Part shown: positions 54,222 through 64,000 of the stretch, in pieces
Layout: each line of letters starts with the position of its first letter
Numbering within the stretch: the first letter of the stretch is position 1
Assembly (NCBI GenBank): GCA_945787155.1
Contig: CALZHD010000002.1
Span: 7,548-71,547 of the forward strand
Direction of reading: 5' to 3'
Source of the DNA: an uncultured Gammaproteobacteria bacterium
GTDB lineage: Bacteria > Pseudomonadota > Gammaproteobacteria > SZUA-140
DNA length: 64,000 bases
The notes under the pieces: generated by a model
Database searches by the model: none
Seen by the model: the letters and a program-made list of their open reading frames with translations, nothing else
What the model was told of the DNA's origin: nothing
Made by a program: the position numbers and the translations under genes

Positions 54222-56402
54222 ATGAAAATGAGTGTAAATGCATCCCGCCTAAAAGCGGTTGAAAATATAACCAGTCGGACAGCGCCTGTTGTTAATAAAA
54301 CAGAATCGTTAGAGGACATTTGGGCGATTGATGTTTTTAACCTGGAAAAAATGGGAAAAGTACTTTCCAAAGAAGCTTTTGAAAGCATAAAGAAAACGAC
54401 ACAAACTAACACAGCACTGGAAGCTGAAGTCGCTGAAGAAGTTGCCTCTGCAATGAAAGACTGGGCATTAGAAAAAGGTGTGAAATTCTTCTCGCATATC
54501 TTTTATCCGATGACGAATGCTACTGCGGAAAAGCATGATGCATTTATTGTTACAGATTTTGATGGTGGTGCTATCTCAAAATTTAATGGAAGCCTGTTAA
54601 TAAAAGGCGAGCCAGATGGCTCATCTTTTCCAAACGGTGGTATACGTGTAACTAATGCCGCCCGTGGTTATACCGCGTGGGACCCAAGCAGTCCAGCCTA
54701 CATTATGCAAACCGAAAATGGTGCAACACTAATGATACCTTGTGTGTTTGCTTCGTGGACAGGTGAAGCGCTGGATAAGAAGATACCATTGCTTCGTTCT
54801 AACGATGCAATGAATAGCGCAGCACAAAAAGTACTTGGTTTAATGGGTGAAAGTGAGATTGCTCCTTTAAACTCAAGCTGCGGTGCAGAACAGGAATATT
54901 TTTTAGTAGATGCTAAATTTGCTAACGCCAGACCTGATTTATTATTAGCAGGTCGTACCTTATTTGGTGCACCTTCTGCCAAAGGACAGGAATTCGATGA
55001 TCATTATTTTGGTGCTATACCTTCACGTGTGCAGGTATATATGCAAGACGCAGAGGACCAGTTATACCGCTTAGGAATTCCTGCTAAAACGCATCACAAT
55101 GAAGTGGCACCAGGTCAGTTTGAAATAGCCCCCTATTTTGAAGCAGCAAATGTTGCTGCCGACCACCAACAATTATTAATGACTGTTTTACAAAATACAG
55201 CCAAAGCTCATGGATTCGTCTGTTTAATGCATGAAAAACCTTTTGCTGGTGTTAATGGTTCTGGTAAACATGTTAACTGGTCTGTGGGGAATTCAACCCA
55301 GGGCAACCTGCTTGATCCAGGTGATACCCCTGAAGAAAATTTAAACTTCTTATTATTCTGTGGTGCAGTCATTCGTGGTGTACATAAGTATGGTCCTTTA
55401 TTACGTGCCGTTATCGCATCTGCCAGCAATGATCATCGTCTTGGTGCCAATGAAGCACCACCTGCTATTTTATCGGTTTATCTTGGTGATCAGCTAGAAA
55501 CAATATTTGAAGACATTAAGAACGGCAAATTAGCGCCAACCGATGATGGTGGTGTCATGGACTTAGGTCTCTCACAAATTATCAACTTCAAACGAGACTC
55601 TGGTGACAGAAATCGAACCTCTCCGTTTGCATTTACTGGTAATCGTTTCGAATTCAGAGCTGTGGGTTCGTCACAATCTGTTTCTGGCCCATTGATTGCC
55701 ATGAACACTATGCTTGCAGATTCACTTGACTGGATAGCAGAAAAGTTAGATGCGGCATTTAAAGAGGGGGCCGATAAAACAACAGCGGTTATATCGGTGT
55801 TGAAAGAACTATTGTCATTACACGGTAGCGCAATATTTGGTGGTGATGGATACTCTTCTGAATGGCATGAAATGGCTGTTAAGGAGCGTGGCTTGAAAAA
55901 TTTGCCAACCACAGCTGATGCACTACCATATTTGAAAGATGAAGAAATCACTAAACTGTTTGAGTCTACCGGTGTATTAACACCGTTAGAATTAGAAAGC
56001 CGTTACGAGGTATACGCAGAGCAATATTTACTGTCGATTGAGGTAGAAGCCAAGCTTGTAGTGAATATGGCAAAGACATTAATCTACCCAGCGGCAATCA
56101 GTTATCTTTCTGATTTGGCTGAAGCAGGTACTGGCATGAAAAGCCTGGGCATCACTCTTGATGATGCTACAGCCAAAATCATTGCGTTTGAAGCCAATGC
56201 TATGATGGCAGCTGTAGCCGCATTAAGTGAAGCCATGGAAAAAGAAGACTTCAGCTCTACAGATGAGCACATGCAATATGCAGCAACGACTATTCGCACC
56301 TTGATGGATAATGTGCGCGTTCATGCAGATACGCTCGAAAATGAAGTGTCTGATATGTTATGGCCATTACCTAAGTACCAGGAAATGCTTTTTATTAAAT
56401 AG
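54222..56402 (+). CDS. glnN: glutamine synthetase type III
   Basis: 726 aa, the size class unique to GSIII. GS catalytic-domain motifs in the central region. Gene and flanks are markedly AT-rich relative to neighbours. Confidence 0.85.
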   Translation: MKMSVNASRLKAVENITSRTAPVVNKTESLEDIWAIDVFNLEKMGKVLSKEAFESIKKTTQTNTALEAEVAEEVASAMKDWALEKGVKFFSHIFYPMTNATAEKHDAFIVTDFDGGAISKFNGSLLIKGEPDGSSFPNGGIRVTNAARGYTAWDPSSPAYIMQTENGATLMIPCVFASWTGEALDKKIPLLRSNDAMNSAAQKVLGLMGESEIAPLNSSCGAEQEYFLVDAKFANARPDLLLAGRTLFGAPSAKGQEFDDHYFGAIPSRVQVYMQDAEDQLYRLGIPAKTHHNEVAPGQFEIAPYFEAANVAADHQQLLMTVLQNTAKAHGFVCLMHEKPFAGVNGSGKHVNWSVGNSTQGNLLDPGDTPEENLNFLLFCGAVIRGVHKYGPLLRAVIASASNDHRLGANEAPPAILSVYLGDQLETIFEDIKNGKLAPTDDGGVMDLGLSQIINFKRDSGDRNRTSPFAFTGNRFEFRAVGSSQSVSGPLIAMNTMLADSLDWIAEKLDAAFKEGADKTTAVISVLKELLSLHGSAIFGGDGYSSEWHEMAVKERGLKNLPTTADALPYLKDEEITKLFESTGVLTPLELESRYEVYAEQYLLSIEVEAKLVVNMAKTLIYPAAISYLSDLAEAGTGMKSLGITLDDATAKIIAFEANAMMAAVAALSEAMEKEDFSSTDEHMQYAATTIRTLMDNVRVHADTLENEVSDMLWPLPKYQEMLFIK

Positions 56403-56597
56403 AGTAAAGCAGGGCTGGTGAGCAATTAATTCTTATAGTAGAAAGTTGCTTTCTGGCTCTGTTTTACATTCCATTTAGGCCGTAGCTTAGCTTTCTTTAT
56501 GAATTTATTATTTCATATCCTTTTAACGCATAACGCTGAAATCACTGGCATATTAAAGCTTTCCGACAGCCTGCCTAACGATTTTAGCTAAGGGGGC

Positions 56598-57005
56598 TGA
56601 ACTAACACCACTTTCGTGGACACTTTACGCACACAGTTTTTCATAATCTTCCGGCGAAAGATAGTCTGTCCCCGAGTGCAATCGTTCACGATTATAGAAT
56701 TCAGTAAACTCCACAATATGGGCGACCGCTTCAATATCGTTTTCAAATTGTTTGCGATGAATGAGTTCTGCTTTCATCGTATGAAAGAAGGATTCTGCAA
56801 AGGCGTTATCAAGCGGGGTGCCTTTACGGCTCATGCTACGCATCAAACGATTAATGCGTCTACGACTGCAACTATAGCCTTTTTGAAGGAGTGCCTAGTG
56901 TACGCGTGCCGCACCGTAGACACGTCGATAGCCTTGATGTAATTCGCTGATCGGATTCATGAACTTGCGATCATGCTGGCGATGTGGGCTGGGTGTTTTT
57001 ACAGT
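56598..57005 (-). mobile_element. IS3-family IS remnant (terminal inverted repeat + internally deleted/frameshifted orfB)
   Basis: Terminal IR TGAACTAACACCACTTTCGTGGACAC at 56601-56626 (the GTGGACAC core is shared with the IS3 IR). Integrase C-terminus SMSRKGTPLDNAFAESFFHTMKAE... lies in one frame. An N-terminal-like segment (MNPISELHQGYRRVYGAARVH) lies in another frame further upstream. Catalytic DDE core absent. Confidence 0.7.
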
Positions 57006-57041
57006 GAAAAGGGGGTTTATACTTCCTATATACTCTCTCGT

Positions 57042-58844
57042 CTAGCTGTTGTTATCCAGGTATGTTCTCCAGCTGCCGAGGTGACTGATGTCGGTCGCTG
57101 TCTCTGCTGCATAAGCTTCACATATGAAGCCCGTTTCCCAACTGCCGTCTTCGAGTTCGACTTTTCCCAGCCCTAAAGGATGAGGAATGTCGTCTAGAAA
57201 ACTACCTATTTCGGCTATGGGAACACGCCATACTTCTACCTCGATGGCGTTTCCATCATTGGTTACCCTAATCATACCGGGGCGATGTGGTGGTCCGCCG
57301 GGTAGGGCAACAAGGCGATACTGAGTGGATGATTTACATTGCCTGATCAAGTGTGCTCCACGGTCTGTTAACTGGTAGTTTAATGGCAGGCCCGACATGT
57401 GTGCGCCGCACAACACGATGTCGACGCTGTGCTTCGGTCCGCCTTTCGGAACGGCGTGCTTGGGAAGAGGCCATTTGGTAGCGCCTAAACTCAAGCCGAG
57501 TGCTTGTTGAAGTCGTTGGGCATAGGCGAGTAAACGCTGATCGCTAAAAGCCGTGGAAATCAGGGTTACGCCAAAGGGTAGGTTGTTTCGGGTTATGCCG
57601 CCAGGGACTGCTATCGAGGCATAATCCAGCAAGTTCATGTAGTTAGTGTAGTAGCCGAGATTGGAGTTAAGCTTAATCGGATCCTCATCAACTTCATCTA
57701 TGGTGTAGATTGTTCCCGTTGTTGGTGTGAGCAGGAAATCAACCGAAGTAATTAATTCATCGGTTTTCTGCTTGTATGCTTGTAGTTGGTATTGAATTTT
57801 GAACGCGGTTGTAGTGAGAAAGTCTTTTCCTGGTTCGATGATTTTTCTGGTTACCTCCAGTAATGCATTTGGATTCTCATCGAGAATAGCCTGGCACGCC
57901 AGATATCGTTCCGTTACCCATGGGCCCTGATAAAGTAATGCGGCGGCATCAATAAATGGGGAGAAGTCAATCACACGTTTTTCCCCACCGAGCGTTTCCA
58001 GCTGTAAAACCGTTTCGGTGAACAGTTGCTGGTAATCGTCATTACCAAAAAACTTGATTTGATCGTCCTTGGGTACAGCAAAGCTGAACACCTTATTCAC
58101 TGACGTTAAGCCTGTATTGGCTGGCGGGTTGTGGCGTGAATAGGGATCGTACTCATCAAAAGCAGCGCATTGCTCGAAAATGAGTTCCAGGTCCTCAGTC
58201 GTGGTGGCAAAAAGCGCGACACAATCAAGCGTTTTACACGCGGGCACCACACCGTGATTGCTGAGTAATCCACGACTGGGTTTCATGCCGAGGATATTAT
58301 TGAAGGCTGCCGGCACTCGCCCCGAGCCGGCAGTATCGGTGCCAAGGGAAAAACTGACTAGACCTTGGGCAACGGCGACTGCCGAGCCGGAACTGGATCC
58401 GCCGGAGATATATTCGGGGTTGAATGCGTTTTTGGTTGCGCCGTACGGTGAGCGCGTTCCGACTAGGCCGGTCGCGAATTGATCCAGGTTGGTTTTACCC
58501 AAGGGTATCGCGCCGGCATCTATCAGTTTTTGTACCACGGTTGCAGATTCGCTCGCCTGATAGCGGAACGCTTCGCATGCCGCAGTAGTAGGGGTGCTGG
58601 CCAAGTCGATATTATCTTTGATAGCAAACGGTATTCCGTATAAAGGCAAGTTGTCGATATCCTGGTTTTCGAGACAATCCAGATACGGCTCAATCTGTTG
58701 TGTCGAAAACAGTTCGATCCAAGTGTTGTATTGCTTGAGAGTTCGTGCCTTTTCCAATAAATGTGTCATAAGCTGGCGCGGCGTAAAATCGCCACTGCGA
58801 TAGTTTGATTTTAGTTGTGAAATGGTTAGGTTTGTGATGTTCAC
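57042..58844 (-). CDS. atzF: allophanate hydrolase
   Basis: 600 aa. N-terminal amidase-signature domain (GGSSSGSAVAVA with a Ser-cisSer-Lys layout) and a C-terminal AH-specific domain. Start overlaps the stop of the upstream urea carboxylase gene. Confidence 0.88.
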   Translation of the reverse strand: MNITNLTISQLKSNYRSGDFTPRQLMTHLLEKARTLKQYNTWIELFSTQQIEPYLDCLENQDIDNLPLYGIPFAIKDNIDLASTPTTAACEAFRYQASESATVVQKLIDAGAIPLGKTNLDQFATGLVGTRSPYGATKNAFNPEYISGGSSSGSAVAVAQGLVSFSLGTDTAGSGRVPAAFNNILGMKPSRGLLSNHGVVPACKTLDCVALFATTTEDLELIFEQCAAFDEYDPYSRHNPPANTGLTSVNKVFSFAVPKDDQIKFFGNDDYQQLFTETVLQLETLGGEKRVIDFSPFIDAAALLYQGPWVTERYLACQAILDENPNALLEVTRKIIEPGKDFLTTTAFKIQYQLQAYKQKTDELITSVDFLLTPTTGTIYTIDEVDEDPIKLNSNLGYYTNYMNLLDYASIAVPGGITRNNLPFGVTLISTAFSDQRLLAYAQRLQQALGLSLGATKWPLPKHAVPKGGPKHSVDIVLCGAHMSGLPLNYQLTDRGAHLIRQCKSSTQYRLVALPGGPPHRPGMIRVTNDGNAIEVEVWRVPIAEIGSFLDDIPHPLGLGKVELEDGSWETGFICEAYAAETATDISHLGSWRTYLDNNS

Positions 58845-61800
58845 GATGTTGTTTCCATAATTACAAGGCGCTGGCCGGCGAGTATCTGTGCGCCTTCGGG
58901 TTTTACGATTGACTTAACTGTGCCTCCATCAGAGGCAATGACTTCAATTTCCATCTTCATCGATTCAAGAATCACGACGCCTTGGCCGGGTGCGACTTTG
59001 TCACCGGGTTTAACTAAGTATTTCCAAACGCTGCCGGCGACGTTACTTTCGATCGCGATCTCGTTGTCATTAAGTGTTTCTTCTTGCGCCTGATCATCGG
59101 CGAGGTGTTGCTCGCTTTCAAAGTTGATCTGGCCGCTTTCTATCCAACGCTGCAACTCTGCGTCAAATGCGTGCTGTCGCTTCGCCGTAAATGTCTTTAT
59201 CTCATCTTGATGTTGCTCTAGAAAAGAATTGTATTCTTTCAGGCTAAAACTCGTCTCTTCGATACGGATAGGGTAGCGGCCCTTTGGGAAGTCTCGCCTG
59301 ATTTCGTTTAGTTCCTGCGCGCTGACCTCATAAAAGCGGATCTGGTCAAAAAAGCGTAATAGCCAAGGTTTGCTAAACGCCTCGGTACTACGGTAACGAT
59401 TCCACATCTGTAGGGTACGGCCCACAAACTGGTAGCCGCCAGGGCCCTCCATACCATAAACACAAAGATATGAACCGCCGATGCCGACTGAATTTTCTGC
59501 CGTCCAGGTTCTCGCTGGATTATATTTGGTTGTGACCAAACGATGCCTGGGATCGAGCGGTGTCGCGACGGGAGCGCCAAGATAGACGTCACCCAGCCCC
59601 ATCACAAGATAGCTCGCGTCGAAGACGATGTTTTTTACCTCGTCAATGGAATCAAGGCCGTTGATGCGACGAATAAATTCAAGATTACTTGGGCACCATG
59701 GCGCATCTTTGCGGACCGATTGCATGTACTTATCAATTGCCTGTCGACACGCGTCATCATCCCAGCTAAGCGGTAAATGCACGATGCGCGACGGGACACG
59801 TTGATCTTCCAGGTTCGTCAGTGCGCTTTCGGCTTGTTCAAGCCACGTCAGTAACGAGGCGATGGAGCACTGCTGACTGTCATAGTGGATTTGCAGTGAG
59901 CGGATACCAGGCGTAATTTCTTCTACGCCATCGAGAAGGTGTTCCTTGATCCAGTTCATTAAGGTGTAGACACGAAATCGAAGATCGATGTCCAAAATCA
60001 AGGGACCGTATTCTACTAGCAAATAATGGTCACCACTCGGCCGATAGACCACGTCGACGTTGCCGTCGCCTGCAGGCATTGTTTTCAGAACAGTATTTTC
60101 GGGAATCGCCGCTTCAATGGAGATCTGCCGTGGCTGCAAGTCTTCGATGCTGGCAATTTGTGCGGCTTCCAGTTTGACGGCGGTATCGATGTTCACCGGA
60201 ATAAATGTGATTGAGTCGCCGGCTCTTAGTTGTCCAAGTTTCCACAAATCCGCTTGAATCACCGTGGCAGGACAAACAAATCCGCCCAGACTCGGGCCGT
60301 CAGGGCCGAGTATTACTGGCATGTCGCCGGTAAAGTCGACTGTTCCGATTGCGTATGCATTGTCATGTATGTTGGAGGGGTGCATGCCTGCCTCGCCGCC
60401 GCTTGTTCTAGCCCAGTCGGGTTTCGGGCCGATTAAGCGGATTCCGGTACGACTGGAGTTATAGTGAACTTCCCAGCGAGATGTGAAAAAGCGTTCTATA
60501 TCGTCAGCGGTGAAGAAATCCGGTGCACCGTGGGGGCCATAAATAACGTGCAAGGTCCACGAGTTACCGATACTCGGAATAAGCTCATCGGGTAAGCTCG
60601 CCGGGCTGGCTGAATCATCGCTATGAAGTTTTAATACATCCCCAACGCGTAGCAGCCGGCCGCTATGGCCACCAAATTGACCGAGGGTAAACGTTGACTT
60701 CGAGCCGAGATATTCGGGGCAAGATATGCCACCCTTGAATAGACAGTAGCTACGAGCGCCACTATCAAGCACCTTCCCCAGTTTAAGCGTCTGCCCGCGC
60801 TCAACCGTGATGGTTTTCCATAGCGGTACTTCTTGATCATCAAGCCAGGCTTCCAGCTTTGCACCGGTCAGTACAATGGTTGTCGTGCTATTGAAGCGCA
60901 AGCTCGGCCCGTTAAGCGTAATTTCCAGGCCGGCACAGTTTATATCGTTGTTCAAAAGTCTGTTGCCGAGTCGAAACGACAAGCTGTCAAAGGGGCCGGA
61001 TGGTGGTACCCCTATATCCCAATATCCTTTTCTGCCCGGGTAATCCTGAATGCTGGTTTGAGTGCCGGAAGATAGCACGTCTACCGTGGTGGCATGGTAG
61101 GCAAAACGGTTTAGCAGCGCTGTATACATGTCGCTTGATTGAAAGGCGCTCGACTCGATAACTTGCCGGCAAAAATCGAGATTGGTCTCGATACCGTAAA
61201 CGGTGGTATTCGATAAGGCGTTCGAGAGCGTATTGATAGCGTCTTCCCGGTTGTCGCCGTAGGCAATGATTTTAGCCAACATAGGGTCATAAAACGGCGA
61301 TACTGTTATTCCGCTTTCAATCCAGTAGTCAATACGCAAGCGTGTGTTATCTGGTTCGGGAAACTGAACATGGCTGAGTAAACCGGCCGCTGGTTGAAAC
61401 TGGTGGTTCGGGTCTTCGGCGTAAAGTCGAATCTGAATACTATGGCCGCGTGGAAGAAGAGTGGCTTCGATTTCCGGGAGCGGGGACAGACTGTTGGTAC
61501 CAAGTTCTATCATCCACTTCACCAAGTCAATATTGTATATTTGCTCGGTTACGCCGTGTTCAACCTGTAATCGAGTGTTGACCTCAAGAAAATAAAACTG
61601 CTCATCATGGGGGTCATAAATGTACTCAACGGTGCCGGCGCTGCGGTAGTTAACTGCTGCACAAATTCGAACCGCAGTTTGCTGCATTGATTCCCGTACC
61701 GGGCCTGGCAAATTAGGTGCGGGAGTTTCTTCGATGACTTTCTGGTTGCGTCGTTGGGCGCTACAGTCGCGCTCTCCCAATGCAAGGACGTTGCCTTGGC

Positions 61801-62446
61801 CGTCGCCAAATATCTGTACTTCAATATGTCGTGCACGCTCGACAAATTTCTCAATAAATAAGCTGGCATTAGAGAAGTTGTTTTCGCTCATGCGCTGCAC
61901 TGATTCAAAGCTATCACTGAGTTGATCAGGCGTGCGACACAACTGCATTCCGATGCCGCCACCGCCGGCTGTACTCTTCAGCATAACCGGGTAGCCTATG
62001 CGTTCCGCTTCGCGGATACCATGATCGAGATCATCAAGTAAGGAGCTACCGGGTAGTAAGGGAACTTGATTATCCTGGGCAAGTTGGCGAGCAGAGTGTT
62101 TTAAACCGAAAGCCGCCATTTGGTCCGTGGTTGGACCGAGAAAAGTAACGCCTTTAGTCTCGCAGCGTTTAACAAACGCAGCGTTTTCGCTTAGAAAGCC
62201 ATATCCAGGGTGAACCGCGTCGGCTTGGCTGGTTTCGATAATCTCGAAAAGTTTATTTTGATTAAGATAGGTGTCGGTGACTGGTCCGTCACCTAAGGAA
62301 AAAACTTCATCGGCCTGCGAGACGTGTAATGAATCGACGTCGGATTCGGCATATACTGCTACCGAAATAACGCCCATATTCTTTAGCGTGCGAATAATAC
62401 GGCACGCAATAGCGCCGCGGTTTGCTATCAATACTTTTTTAAACAT
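58841..62446 (-). CDS. uca: urea carboxylase (biotin carboxylase + KipA/KipI-like carboxyltransferase + biotinyl domains)
   Basis: 1201 aa. N-terminal biotin carboxylase ATP-grasp domain, central allophanate-hydrolase-subunit-like domains, and a C-terminal biotin-attachment motif (SMKME). Confidence 0.9.
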   Translation of the reverse strand: MFKKVLIANRGAIACRIIRTLKNMGVISVAVYAESDVDSLHVSQADEVFSLGDGPVTDTYLNQNKLFEIIETSQADAVHPGYGFLSENAAFVKRCETKGVTFLGPTTDQMAAFGLKHSARQLAQDNQVPLLPGSSLLDDLDHGIREAERIGYPVMLKSTAGGGGIGMQLCRTPDQLSDSFESVQRMSENNFSNASLFIEKFVERARHIEVQIFGDGQGNVLALGERDCSAQRRNQKVIEETPAPNLPGPVRESMQQTAVRICAAVNYRSAGTVEYIYDPHDEQFYFLEVNTRLQVEHGVTEQIYNIDLVKWMIELGTNSLSPLPEIEATLLPRGHSIQIRLYAEDPNHQFQPAAGLLSHVQFPEPDNTRLRIDYWIESGITVSPFYDPMLAKIIAYGDNREDAINTLSNALSNTTVYGIETNLDFCRQVIESSAFQSSDMYTALLNRFAYHATTVDVLSSGTQTSIQDYPGRKGYWDIGVPPSGPFDSLSFRLGNRLLNNDINCAGLEITLNGPSLRFNSTTTIVLTGAKLEAWLDDQEVPLWKTITVERGQTLKLGKVLDSGARSYCLFKGGISCPEYLGSKSTFTLGQFGGHSGRLLRVGDVLKLHSDDSASPASLPDELIPSIGNSWTLHVIYGPHGAPDFFTADDIERFFTSRWEVHYNSSRTGIRLIGPKPDWARTSGGEAGMHPSNIHDNAYAIGTVDFTGDMPVILGPDGPSLGGFVCPATVIQADLWKLGQLRAGDSITFIPVNIDTAVKLEAAQIASIEDLQPRQISIEAAIPENTVLKTMPAGDGNVDVVYRPSGDHYLLVEYGPLILDIDLRFRVYTLMNWIKEHLLDGVEEITPGIRSLQIHYDSQQCSIASLLTWLEQAESALTNLEDQRVPSRIVHLPLSWDDDACRQAIDKYMQSVRKDAPWCPSNLEFIRRINGLDSIDEVKNIVFDASYLVMGLGDVYLGAPVATPLDPRHRLVTTKYNPARTWTAENSVGIGGSYLCVYGMEGPGGYQFVGRTLQMWNRYRSTEAFSKPWLLRFFDQIRFYEVSAQELNEIRRDFPKGRYPIRIEETSFSLKEYNSFLEQHQDEIKTFTAKRQHAFDAELQRWIESGQINFESEQHLADDQAQEETLNDNEIAIESNVAGSVWKYLVKPGDKVAPGQGVVILESMKMEIEVIASDGGTVKSIVKPEGAQILAGQRLVIMETTS

Positions 62447-62538
62447 GGTCAGCTAAACAGTAAAAGCGGGTCGTCCCGGTGTCACTATTGCGTCGATAGT
62501 CGTCTATCGAAGTGGCGGTTAAGCCAATATTCATGTAT

Positions 62539-63180
62539 TTATTGTCCCCAGACCAACACTTCAATTGGTGTTGGGTTATACGCGTTGCAGGGGTTGTTCA
62601 GTTGCGGGCAGTTTGAAATCAGAATGATGATATCCATAGCTGCCGTCATTTCTACATATTTACCGCTGTCTGAAATCCCATCTTCGAAAGTGAGTTTTCC
62701 GTCCGGCGTTACGGGTACGTTCATAAAGAAATTAATGTTATGTGTAATATCACGCTTGCTCAAGCCGAGCTCTTCGTGCTGAGCAACAGCCAATAACCAA
62801 CTGTCACGGCATGCATGCATGGTTTTCTTTTCCAGTGCGTAACGTACTGTGTTGCTTTCAGTAGCGCACGCGCCACCTAATGTGTCGTGGCGGCCGCATG
62901 TATCGGCAACAATGGTCAGCATCAGGTTGCCTTCGTTAGATAATAGTTTTGATCCGGTGCTTAAATAGACATTACCTTGTTCGCGCACGGTATCAATCGC
63001 ACTATAGCGTTCAGCGGGATTGTCGGCGTTATAGAACAGCGTATCGGCGGCCTGGTTACCGTTCAGGTCCAATATGCGCATGGTTTCATTTTTTTTAATA
63101 ACTTTTACGAAGTAGTCACCGGCTGGCACGATTTGTCTGTACTGGGCCGTGTCTTCTGTCAAAGGGCTGGGTTTTATCAT
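62539..63180 (-). CDS. urea carboxylase-associated protein (DUF1989 family)
   Basis: 213 aa. Paralogous to the next ORF. Conserved position upstream of urea carboxylase. Confidence 0.72.
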   Translation of the reverse strand: MIKPSPLTEDTAQYRQIVPAGDYFVKVIKKNETMRILDLNGNQAADTLFYNADNPAERYSAIDTVREQGNVYLSTGSKLLSNEGNLMLTIVADTCGRHDTLGGACATESNTVRYALEKKTMHACRDSWLLAVAQHEELGLSKRDITHNINFFMNVPVTPDGKLTFEDGISDSGKYVEMTAAMDIIILISNCPQLNNPCNAYNPTPIEVLVWGQ

Positions 63181-63192
63181 TGCTTTTCTCCT

Positions 63193-63918
63193 TTAACAGC
63201 CACAGCCGATGTTATACAACTCGGTGTTTTTAAATCCCCGTTGATTTTCGTCGCGAAAGTTGCGGCAATAGTCTTCATCAGTCACCGGATCGGCATTCGA
63301 GATTTGATAGATTACCGGGTGTTTTGGATATTCCAGTGCAGGATTCATAGGGTGGGGGCAGGTGTGTAACACCACTAGTGTATCCATCTCGAAACGCAAA
63401 GTTACGCTGCCGTCGCTGCGGCCATGATTGGAATCGAATGACATGTTGCCGTCGTCGTCAACTACAATTTTGCTAAATAAATTTAGATTAGCCGCCATAT
63501 CGCGTTCAGTTAAACCATATTTGGCTAATTCGACAAGAAAACTATCGTGACCGTTAAGATACCAGTCATTGCGGTAGTCCTGATAAGAATGTTCGCCCCA
63601 CTTCTTTTTAACCAGTGCTTTGTTTGCGTTGCCACCCACGGTATCATGCCAACCAACAGTGTCTTCGATGATGGAGCAAAAAATTCGGCCCATGTCGGAA
63701 TACAAACAATTGCCTTTAGTCAATTTAAAGGTATGTTGACATTTTAAGGTGTCCGGCGCGTTATAGCGCTCTAGATAGTTGCTGGGATTGTAGAACAGCA
63801 TGCCAACATTGGCGCCGCCGTCTTTATCTATTAGCGTAAGCATTGTTCCCTTACGCATTTGCATGGACCAATGTGTCCCGCCAGGTAATTCATCTTGATA
63901 GAGTATTTCAGTATTCAT
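63193..63918 (-). CDS. urea carboxylase-associated protein (DUF1989 family)
   Basis: 241 aa. Shares motifs with the 62539-63180 product (DTVRE/GNxYLS vs PDTLKCQHTFKLTKGNCLYSDMG; HxCPQLNNP vs HTCPHPMNP). Confidence 0.72.
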   Translation of the reverse strand: MNTEILYQDELPGGTHWSMQMRKGTMLTLIDKDGGANVGMLFYNPSNYLERYNAPDTLKCQHTFKLTKGNCLYSDMGRIFCSIIEDTVGWHDTVGGNANKALVKKKWGEHSYQDYRNDWYLNGHDSFLVELAKYGLTERDMAANLNLFSKIVVDDDGNMSFDSNHGRSDGSVTLRFEMDTLVVLHTCPHPMNPALEYPKHPVIYQISNADPVTDEDYCRNFRDENQRGFKNTELYNIGCGC

Positions 63919-63937
63919 GACTTTCCTTGTTAACAGC

Positions 63938-64000
63938 TTAGCCGACTAGCACGCGACGGCTTTCATCGAGCGAGTCATCAATTTCGTGGTATGTATTATT
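63938..64000 (-). CDS. 3' end of an upstream gene (C-terminus ...NTYHEIDDSLDESRRVLVG*), product unknown
   Basis: Open frame running into the window edge with a stop at 63938-63940. Too short to classify. Confidence 0.25.
   Translation of the reverse strand, partial: NNTYHEIDDSLDESRRVLVG

Overview
This 64-kb window reads as chromosomal backbone from a gammaproteobacterium-like genome at roughly 50-55% GC, with a few accessory or compositionally odd islets. Coding density is high. Backbone content:
- Housekeeping genes: partial aspS, nadA, the conserved block miaA-hfq-hflX-hflK-hflC-(DUF2065)-hisZ-purA, rdgC, xseA, guaB-guaA.
- Divalent-cation transporters (corA, zntB-like, mgtE, a CPA2 antiporter) around a RimB-like/rimK/deacylase module.
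- A large MscK-like channel, two ABC-F ATPases (yheS-like and ybiT-like), an rhlE-like DEAD-box helicase, a LysR regulator, class I fumarase, zapE, a GGDEF cyclase and an HD-GYP phosphodiesterase.

The most unusual region is 53.0-64.0 kb, immediately downstream of guaA. It holds an IS91-family transposase N-terminal fragment, a photolyase pseudogene fragment, an AT-rich type III glutamine synthetase gene behind a textbook sigma-54 promoter, an internally deleted IS3-family remnant, and a urea carboxylase/allophanate hydrolase operon (urease-independent urea use). Together these look like a mosaic nitrogen-scavenging islet.

Other noteworthy features:
- An 825-bp helicase/lysR intergenic region with two ~280-bp tandem units of structured hairpins that show a compensatory stem change and SD/anti-SD-like loops.
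- A REP-like palindromic element family at two loci.
- An HD-GYP protein with a periplasmic CXXCH (heme c) sensor domain.
- A Met-rich OMP / monoheme cytochrome c lipoprotein / TlpA-like operon, possibly for copper or redox handling.
- An unannotated 45-aa membrane ORF, and a candidate sRNA or terminator element.

No CRISPR arrays, rRNA genes or tRNA genes were seen.
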